From an uncultured Gammaproteobacteria bacterium (GTDB taxonomy: Bacteria > Patescibacteriota > Patescibacteriia > Magasanikbacterales > GWA2-37-8), in NCBI GenBank assembly GCA_964510885.1, contig CAZEDL010000001.1, positions 684 through 64,683 on the forward strand: a stretch of DNA of 64,000 nt. The letters run 5' to 3'. Under the pieces are notes generated by a model, which saw only the letters and a list, made by a program, of their open reading frames with translations, made no database searches and was not told where the DNA came from. Below are positions 38,537 to 45,976 of the stretch, in pieces. Position 1 is the stretch's first letter. Each line of letters starts with the position of its first letter. A program made the position numbers and the translations under genes.

Positions 38537-39846
38537 CGGAGCTAGGCTCAATTCCGACAGCTGTTTCTTCTCGCGCCATCATTCATATCGATGGCGACTC
38601 TTTTTTTGCCAGCTGCGAACAGGCTCGTAATCCGCAATTACGTGGTAAGCCAGTCATTACCGGGAAAGAGCGGGGGATAGCGGCCTCTATGAGTTACGAA
38701 GCCAAAGCGCGGGGTGTAACGCGAGCCATGCCGTTATTCGAAATTAAACGCCTCTGCCCCGATGCTGTATTTTTGCCTTCAGATTATGAGATGTATAGCC
38801 TGATGTCGCATCATTTTTATGACATCGTGCGGCGCTACACCGGTTGCATTGAAGAATATGGCATCGATGAATGCTTTGGCGAACTCACCGGGCTTGAAGC
38901 CTCATTTCATAAAAAGTATCAGCAATTAATCGAAGAATTACGAGCTGAACTCAAACGTGAACTCGGCTGCACTTTTTCAGTTGGTCTTGGGCCCAATAAA
39001 ACTTTGGCCAAACTGGGGTCTAATTGGAAAAAACCATACGGTCTCACCACTATAACCCCCGACACCATTGCGGATTTTTTAAAAACTCTGCCGGTGGAAA
39101 AAATTTGGGGTATTGGTCGGCGCACTACCGCTTTTTTAAATACGCAAGGAATTACGACTGCCGGTGAGTTTGCTGCCCAAACAGAATCATGGATAAAACA
39201 AAATCGAACCCGCCCATTTCATGATATTTGGCGTGAACTCCATGGGGAAATGGTTATCCCACTTTATTATGAAGAAAAACGCCAATACCATTCTATCCAG
39301 AAATTCAAAACCTTCAGCCCACCCTCGCGCGACCCAGATTTTATTTTTGCCCAGTTATCAAAAAATATTGAAAACGCGTGCATTAAACTGCGCCGGTATA
39401 ACCAAGCGACACCAAGCGTTTATATCATTTTGCGTACCCAAGATTTTCGCCACCATACCGTGGAAGTACCACTCCTGAGGCCTACCAACTTACCACCCGA
39501 AATTATCCCTCTGGTGCGGCCAGCTTTTCTTAAATTATTCAAAAAACAACTCTATCGCGCCACCGGCATCGTATTTTTCAATCTTACTCCCATGGTGGTA
39601 CAAGCAGATTTATTCGGTGCCACCGAGCGGGTGGAGAAATTGCAGCGCCTCTATGCCAGCGCCGATGCCGTGGCTAAGAAATATGGCAAGCACACACTGT
39701 TCCTTGGGACCAGTTGGCGAGCTCAGCGGTTTAAAGCACATCTCACTGCGCGAGGCGATGAACCCGTTCGAACTTCTACATTACTTAAAGGAGAAACCAA
39801 GCGTAAACGCCTGGGAATCCCAATGTTATTCGGAGGAACGGTGTAA
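38533..39846 (+). CDS. dinB: Y-family DNA polymerase (DinB/UmuC-like)
   Basis: IIHIDGDSFFASCE, SYEAKARGV, YGIDE, GLGPNKTLAK, KP.G, IWGIG; ATGA overlap with lexA. Confidence 0.9.
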   Translation: MTELGSIPTAVSSRAIIHIDGDSFFASCEQARNPQLRGKPVITGKERGIAASMSYEAKARGVTRAMPLFEIKRLCPDAVFLPSDYEMYSLMSHHFYDIVRRYTGCIEEYGIDECFGELTGLEASFHKKYQQLIEELRAELKRELGCTFSVGLGPNKTLAKLGSNWKKPYGLTTITPDTIADFLKTLPVEKIWGIGRRTTAFLNTQGITTAGEFAAQTESWIKQNRTRPFHDIWRELHGEMVIPLYYEEKRQYHSIQKFKTFSPPSRDPDFIFAQLSKNIENACIKLRRYNQATPSVYIILRTQDFRHHTVEVPLLRPTNLPPEIIPLVRPAFLKLFKKQLYRATGIVFFNLTPMVVQADLFGATERVEKLQRLYASADAVAKKYGKHTLFLGTSWRAQRFKAHLTARGDEPVRTSTLLKGETKRKRLGIPMLFGGTV

Positions 39847-39928
39847 TAGATCTATCAAACATTGACGAAATAGATTTAATAAGTTCTACTATCCACTAAC
39901 CCCAAAGTTTGGAGGGAGAAAAGAAAGC

Positions 39929-40381
39929 ATGTTAGAAAGAAGGAAGCACCCGCGCTTAGAAATGCATTTGGTTGGTAATAAGCCAGCCGCCGTGTTCATG
40001 GTGATTGTGAAGGAGGGGGAAGAGGACAAGGCGATCTTCCTGCTTATTTGCCACGACATCCATAGTTTGAATGAAGCCCTAAACCAGTGCACTGATCTGG
40101 CTAAGGCTGAGATTCAGGCGCTAGCAGACTTCGCTGCGCGCTCTGGCTTGCCGGCAAGTTCCGAAGAAGACATGGTGTGGTTTGATAACCCCCATCTTGC
40201 CCATATCGTGGCACTCGGCTTCCAGGCTCAAAGCAGTAAAATGATTTTGATGCTCGACCAGGAGGATACAAAAATCCTTCCAATAGAACCCGAAGCTTCG
40301 GAGACAGATCCAGAGGATGATGACCCGCTGGCCACCTACAGGATGTTTCATTCCAGGGCTACGGGAAAGGCCACGTCTTGA
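39929..40381 (+). CDS. hypothetical protein (orphan)
   Basis: 150-aa ORF with upstream GGAGG and a TTGACG promoter-like element near 39862. Confidence 0.6.
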   Translation: MLERRKHPRLEMHLVGNKPAAVFMVIVKEGEEDKAIFLLICHDIHSLNEALNQCTDLAKAEIQALADFAARSGLPASSEEDMVWFDNPHLAHIVALGFQAQSSKMILMLDQEDTKILPIEPEASETDPEDDDPLATYRMFHSRATGKATS

Positions 40382-40489
40382 TCTTGCTCTGGCTTGCCGC
40401 CACCGTCTCTATATTGTGGGCTACAGGAGGTTCTCCACCTGGCGCCCGTCCCATGGTTACAAGTTCTTTTAGCCATCGGACGCCTCAGG

Positions 40490-40532
40490 TGGACATTAAA
40501 AAACCCGGATACACCCGGGTTTTTAATGTCCA
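40490..40532. terminator. long bidirectional terminator hairpin
   Basis: TGGACATTAAAAAACCCGG...CCGGGTTTTTAATGTCCA. Confidence 0.7.
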
Positions 40533-40550
40533 TTGCTTGTAATAAAGTAA

Positions 40551-41021
40551 CTAACGGTGTTTTTCAATGAACGCTTGTTTGGCCGCCTGCATACGGGTGC
40601 CCAGCTCAAGCAGTGCCTGAGGATCAAGAATTTTACGACATTCCGGAAACATATACTCTTCTTCCTCTTTCAGATGATGCTCGGTATTTTCTTTCATCAC
40701 TTTAAATTTAGCGGTCCATTGTTCATTCTGGTAGTCTTCATGTGCCAGCTTGTTAAGCAGATCGCTCATTACCGCATGCTCTTCAATTCCTTCGAGAGTA
40801 ATTTTATGAATACCTTTCAGAGCTTGGATCGCTGGATAAAAAACAGTTTCTTCAATATGGGAATGTGCGTCAAGGGCTAATTTGAGCCGTGCAAATTCAT
40901 ACTGCCGGGTCACTGCAGCTTTTTCGGTAGTCGCAGCTATTTTTTCGAGCAGGGCTTTGAATTGTTGATGGTCTGTTTCCAAAAATTCGATAGCATCAAT
41001 TGCTTTACCAGTGTGGGTCAT
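40551..41021 (-). CDS. hemerythrin/HHE cation-binding domain protein
   Basis: DH, HSHIEETVFYP, EEH, HHLKEEEEYMFP. Confidence 0.9.
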   Translation of the reverse strand: MTHTGKAIDAIEFLETDHQQFKALLEKIAATTEKAAVTRQYEFARLKLALDAHSHIEETVFYPAIQALKGIHKITLEGIEEHAVMSDLLNKLAHEDYQNEQWTAKFKVMKENTEHHLKEEEEYMFPECRKILDPQALLELGTRMQAAKQAFIEKHR

Positions 41022-41187
41022 ACATTCAATATTAAAAATAAAATCACTCAGCCTACTTCTACCTTAGGCCGTAGATCATGAGCTGTCAATTGGTTTAGTA
41101 ACGTGAGCCGCTCAATTACTGGATAGGGGCTCTGTACAGAGCGTGTATATGTGCTAGAGTAAAAATAAACATCATAATTCCTGCGCT

Positions 41188-41715
41188 ATGCAAAAATTAC
41201 CAACTCTTAAAACAGAGTCTCAAGAAAAGAATGAGCGGCTAGAATTTGTACTAGCTATAATTTTTGTAGGTATAGTGCTCGTACCAGGGTACCTATTAGA
41301 CCTCGATTTTGACCTTATACTTAGGAGCCTTACCTGGTTCGATTTTGTTATTATTGTGCTAGCTGTGTTTCGCCTTACTCGATTATTTGTCTATGACGGT
41401 ATCATGGCGTATCTGCGCAGCTGTGTGTTGATTAAAGAGATGGGTGCTACTGACATGTCCGATCAGGCAACAGTAGTATATACCTACCCTAAGGTAGGAC
41501 TGCGCAAAATCCTAGCCGATTTACTGGCCTGCCCGTGGTGTGTCGGCATGTGGCTCTCGGCACTTGTCATCATCCTGTTCTATGCTGTTCCAGTGAGTAA
41601 GTTTTTCATACTAATTTTAGCCGTAGCTGGCCTCAGTACTTTTTGTCAAATAATTAGCAACGCGATCGGCTGGAAAGCTGAAAAAGAAAAATTAATTGTA
41701 CAAGCTAAACAGTAA
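41188..41715 (+). CDS. DUF1360 family membrane protein
   Basis: LAVFRLTRLFVYDGI...LLACPWCVGMW. Confidence 0.88.
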   Translation: MQKLPTLKTESQEKNERLEFVLAIIFVGIVLVPGYLLDLDFDLILRSLTWFDFVIIVLAVFRLTRLFVYDGIMAYLRSCVLIKEMGATDMSDQATVVYTYPKVGLRKILADLLACPWCVGMWLSALVIILFYAVPVSKFFILILAVAGLSTFCQIISNAIGWKAEKEKLIVQAKQ

Positions 41716-41717
41716 TC

Positions 41718-42327
41718 ATTCCTGTTTCCGACACTATCAAAGTGCCATTCACCACCCAGGCTCCGGCTGTAGAGTGGTCCGAGCTCTGGCAAAATGCCTG
41801 TGAAGCAACCTCAATCTATAGGATCAATAGTTTTTATGCTCAAGATGAGATTAAACGGGATGAAGCTGTTCGGCACATCAAAGAGATTGTAGGGATAAAA
41901 AATAAAGCGTTTAAAGTCAGCGCCGATGAATCATTACAAAAAATTTCTGACCTCAGCAACGCCCTTGAGCTGCCCTGGACTACCGTTATAAAAGAAAATC
42001 CTACCACTGCTGAGTTAAAAGTTGAATTAAGTGCCCATCGACCGATCATTGTCCCGGTCTATACGCCAGCCCTTCAAAGCTCTAATTATACGAGCGGCGG
42101 CCCTGACTATCATGTTAGGGTAATGACGGGGGTATGATGATAAGGCCGGTGTCTTCATAGTCAATGATCCAGGAACAGTGAACAATCAAAAAGTCTTGTT
42201 TAAATACGATCTATTTATGGCCGCCGTTCATGATCTGAACTCTAAAGATTATAAAGCTGGAAGGCCAACTGTCTTACTGTCTTATATACCCTGCAATCAA
42301 GCGATAGTAGCTGGTTATCAGATCTGA
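41718..42327 (+). pseudogene. frameshifted, 5'-truncated C39-like cysteine peptidase
   Basis: VPFTTQAP...WQNACE...PIIVPV...YHVRVMTG, then GYDD...VNDPG in another frame after a G5 run (42128-42132); no N-terminal region. Confidence 0.75.
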
Positions 42328-42416
42328 TTAAAAAATAAGCGTAGGCCAAATACTTATATAGTAGGTAAGATATAATTTTGTCTGCTTCTGTGATATAGTA
42401 AATAATCTGTATACCT

Positions 42417-43301
42417 ATGAAAAAAATTTTTACTCTCAGTTTTTGCCTAATATTACTAAGCGGAGCTGGTTGTGGTAGAAGTGCTGACCTCGACATTGCT
42501 CACCAAAGCCATCCGGCTAGTAATGCAATTTTTAACCTTACACCTACAGGTTCAGTTTCAGTATTAAAACCAGGCACACCTGCTCGTTTTTCTTTTTCGA
42601 TTACCAATAATAGCGGCCAAGTAATTAAAGATTTTTCGCTCACACACGAAAAACTTCTCCACCTGATTGTAGTTAGCCGCGACTTGGCATCATTTCAGCA
42701 TCTGCATCCCGACTATGACAAAACTACCGGAGCATTCACTATCCCGGATCTGATGTTTGGGTCAGCTGGGCGCTGGCTCCTATTTGCTGATTTTTCTCCA
42801 GCCGGCAGCGGATTAGATGCTCACGGTAATCCAATTACTAAGCTGGCTAAACTAGATATTACCGTAGGAGAAGAAAGTGAGTATAAAGAGGCGCCGTTAG
42901 GCGGGGAGGAACGCACTAAAAAGTTCGGCACATACGAAGTTTCGCTCCGTACCGAACCTGCCGCAATAGTGGTTGGTTCTGAAACAGAGTTAGAATTTAC
43001 CCTAAAACAAAATGGCCGCCCCCTAACAAATCTCGAGCCATATCTCGGAGCGCGCGGCCACTCGGTAATCTTAAGAGCTGATACGCTTGAGTATATACAC
43101 ACTCACCCTCACGAAGGGCCAGGTGCGCCGGGAGACGGCAAGGTGATCTTTACTACCAGGTTTGATCGCGCCGGCCGTTATAAGCTGTTTACCCAGTTTA
43201 AACATCAAGGAAAAATTATCACGACTGATTTTGTGGTCTCGGTCAGTCCTGCAACAGCCGGAGCTAAGCCGGCTACCGACCATGCATCAATGCACCACTA
43301 A
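42417..43301 (+). CDS. His-rich putative heavy-metal-binding lipoprotein
   Basis: Lipobox GAG-C; HEKLLHLIVV, FQHLHP, LEPYLGARGH, YIHTHP; ends DHASMHH. Confidence 0.8.
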   Translation: MKKIFTLSFCLILLSGAGCGRSADLDIAHQSHPASNAIFNLTPTGSVSVLKPGTPARFSFSITNNSGQVIKDFSLTHEKLLHLIVVSRDLASFQHLHPDYDKTTGAFTIPDLMFGSAGRWLLFADFSPAGSGLDAHGNPITKLAKLDITVGEESEYKEAPLGGEERTKKFGTYEVSLRTEPAAIVVGSETELEFTLKQNGRPLTNLEPYLGARGHSVILRADTLEYIHTHPHEGPGAPGDGKVIFTTRFDRAGRYKLFTQFKHQGKIITTDFVVSVSPATAGAKPATDHASMHH

Positions 43302-43309
43302 AGATTGGT

Positions 43310-44254
43310 TTAGAGCGCCCGGTCTAACGCCAAACGAGTTAACAGTGCAGCGCACGCTTCGATATAAGGCCGAGCTAATGGTTCGGCAATTGGGTCGCTA
43401 AAGCCGGGGCGGGAATTTAATTCGATTAGTTTGTAACCGTCCGTCGTATTCATAAAATCCATGGAGTATACCGATGGGGAATACTTTTTTAGCTGTTCGC
43501 TGATACTGACAACTAGGGGAGTCACCGCCGTTGGCAGCCGATCAATCGGAAACATATATTCAGTTCCTCCTTGGGCCACATTGGCAAGCAGCGATCCGCT
43601 GCGCGGAGCACGAACCGTTAATTGCACCAAACGATCTGCCGCTGAAATGATACGCAGATCATGCCGCCCTTCGATCAAGCCAGGAATTCCAAGCGAACTA
43701 TCAAAAAATTCCTGCACCAGGGTACCCTCCCAACTAGGATAAATTTCTCGCGGTAATTCTGCAGTTGGCCGGATAAATATGCCATCTCCACCACATAAAA
43801 AATTTTGTTTCACCACTACTCGATCTGATGCCTGTATTTTCCAAGCCGCTACAGTAGCTAAAAATTCTTCATAAGACGATACCAGCTTGGTTCGAGGCGA
43901 CATATCAGCAAATGCCTGTGCGGTGGCCCATTTATCCACGCATAATTCATCAAGGTCTGGGTTATTTACAATCATGCAATCAGTAATGCGAGGAATAGTA
44001 TTTTGATCATCTCGATTAAAAATAACTTTCACAGTAACTGGAGTGACAGGAGCTGAGAGCATGCCGTTTTTTAATTCATATCCGATCGAAAAAGTTCCGG
44101 CACCACGATAGCTATCGGCTCGCACAATAAATGCAGAGACTCCCGCTTTATTTAGCTGCTCTGCCAAGTGGCAGTAGGCATTCCAATACATCAGTTTATC
44201 AAGCGGGTAGCCTTTTGGCTCCGGAGCCGAAAAATAAATCCCAATCGCTGGCAT
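43310..44254 (-). CDS. RimK/GshB-like ATP-grasp peptide ligase
   Basis: DKW, VVKQ..CGGDGI, LVQEF, DLRI, ANVAQGG, MDFM, IELNSRPG. Confidence 0.85.
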   Translation of the reverse strand: MPAIGIYFSAPEPKGYPLDKLMYWNAYCHLAEQLNKAGVSAFIVRADSYRGAGTFSIGYELKNGMLSAPVTPVTVKVIFNRDDQNTIPRITDCMIVNNPDLDELCVDKWATAQAFADMSPRTKLVSSYEEFLATVAAWKIQASDRVVVKQNFLCGGDGIFIRPTAELPREIYPSWEGTLVQEFFDSSLGIPGLIEGRHDLRIISAADRLVQLTVRAPRSGSLLANVAQGGTEYMFPIDRLPTAVTPLVVSISEQLKKYSPSVYSMDFMNTTDGYKLIELNSRPGFSDPIAEPLARPYIEACAALLTRLALDRAL

Positions 44255-44333
44255 AAATAGTAAATTAAAAGTAGTTGTATCTTAACTCCAACAGGAGTAC
44301 CCTATGAGTAGGTTTTATTTTTAAAAAATCGCT

Positions 44334-45884
44334 ATGAAAAATATTTCATACCGCAGATTTTTTCAGATAATCGGCAGTGCAATCATACTTCTACATACTA
44401 CGATACTCCCAAATCCAGTCGGAGCGCAAACGATCATCTCCGCTCCTGGCGAACAATTAGATAAAAATCTACAGATCATCAGTGATGAGGAAGTGGCCCT
44501 GGGAAACAAAACTATCTTTCGGGCCTCAGCGTCGGTTGCCACCACTTCGTCTCTTAATTATACCTGGCAATTTAGCGATGGGCAGAATCAGATCGAGCAT
44601 GGGGTTGAAGCTGCCCATTCCTTTGATACCACGGGTATTCATACCGTTACCGTTCGGATAACTGCCCCCAATATTAGTGAGCAAATTAGTAAGGATATTT
44701 TTGTTTACAATAAAAAAATCTTCCTGATTACTGGTTCCAATCAAACCGGAAATGCAGGCGCCACTTTAGACCAGCTTAAAACAGCCGCCACTGACGAGCA
44801 AAACTCGCTTGAAATTCTAGAAGTAGACACCGACAGCAGCATCTTCGTGACCGAAGATCGCCTGCTTACCCTGTTCGAGCGCAGCGGCCAATCCCTGGCC
44901 GCAGCCGATATGATTATTTTTGATGTGCCCGCTGCTCGTGGCAGCCAAGCCTTTGCCCGGTACATCCACTCGGTATCGGAAGAATTACAAGAAAAATTTA
45001 CTCATCCCTTATACATAAATATCACCCCGCGCGATTTTAATGATCTGCGGTTTTTATTACAGCAGGTTAGCCGGGTTATCCGTCCTGATATGCTGCTGCT
45101 GATGCATCCGCCAGCACTCGAATACTTGGTAACTGCCACCAACTACGGACAATTAACTACGGCACTGAGAGCAACCGACGTGCCGTATCTGCAAATTACA
45201 GCGTCGGATAGCGGGCCGCTCTGGCACGGGTTATGGAAATTATTGTCCGTATTTGTATCACAAGGGATCTCTGTCAGTGTTATTTACCTTATCCTGATCA
45301 TCCCCTTAATTGTTCTCGTTACCGTGTTTGCTCGCCAAGTGCTCGGCATGCCCACGTTTGGAGTGTATGGGCCAGTAATGACCGCCGCCTCGTTTTTAAT
45401 GCTAGGCCTTAAACTCGGCCTCTTGGTATTCTGTTTTGTCATAGTGGTCACCTATTGCGTCAAATTTATTATCAATCGGGCTAAATTGCTGTACATCTCC
45501 AAAGTGGGTCTTAATCTGAGTTTGCTCAGTGCGTCATTTTTATTTTTGATCTGGGTAATTGGTGTAACCCGCAGCTCCATTTCCTTGTCATTGGCTATCT
45601 TTCCCATGCTCCTTATGGCCACCGTGGCCGAGAAATTCATTGCCGCCCAATCTGAAGAAGGGTTTCGTCAAGCCATCTTGGCTGTGATTTCGACCACCAC
45701 CATCATTGTGGTAAGTTTTTTAGCGGTCACCCATATCGCAGTCGTAACCTTTGTTCAGTCCTGGCCTGAAATCATTTTGCTGGCCATTCTGTTCACCTTT
45801 ATTCTCGGTAAATTTACTGGCCTACGCCTTGATGAATATATTCGCTTCCGCACCCTCTTGCGAGATAACGGAACTGAAGAATAA
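44334..45884 (+). CDS. PKD-domain + 7TM (7TM_transglut-like) membrane protein
   Basis: Signal peptide; PKD-like YTWQFSDG...HSFDTTGIHTVTV; C-terminal RQVLGMPTFGVYGP, IFPMLL, GKFTGLRLDEYIRF. Confidence 0.85.
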   Translation: MKNISYRRFFQIIGSAIILLHTTILPNPVGAQTIISAPGEQLDKNLQIISDEEVALGNKTIFRASASVATTSSLNYTWQFSDGQNQIEHGVEAAHSFDTTGIHTVTVRITAPNISEQISKDIFVYNKKIFLITGSNQTGNAGATLDQLKTAATDEQNSLEILEVDTDSSIFVTEDRLLTLFERSGQSLAAADMIIFDVPAARGSQAFARYIHSVSEELQEKFTHPLYINITPRDFNDLRFLLQQVSRVIRPDMLLLMHPPALEYLVTATNYGQLTTALRATDVPYLQITASDSGPLWHGLWKLLSVFVSQGISVSVIYLILIIPLIVLVTVFARQVLGMPTFGVYGPVMTAASFLMLGLKLGLLVFCFVIVVTYCVKFIINRAKLLYISKVGLNLSLLSASFLFLIWVIGVTRSSISLSLAIFPMLLMATVAEKFIAAQSEEGFRQAILAVISTTTIIVVSFLAVTHIAVVTFVQSWPEIILLAILFTFILGKFTGLRLDEYIRFRTLLRDNGTEE

Positions 45885-45926
45885 GACATGTCACGGAGCG
45901 TAACATGTCCTGAAATTGCGTCGCTC

Positions 45927-45958
45927 GACCCTAGTAACTGTAAACAGTTACTAGGGTC
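45927..45958. repeat. perfect 15-bp hairpin between the 7TM and ATP-grasp genes
   Basis: GACCCTAGTAACTGT-AA-ACAGTTACTAGGGTC; no T tract. Confidence 0.75.
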
Positions 45959-45976
45959 TCACTAGCATTATAACTT

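Noticed and set aside
40382-40490. ncRNA or riboswitch after the orphan gene (similarly 60140-60240)
   Set aside because: GC-rich with possible stems, but matches no family I can recognise.
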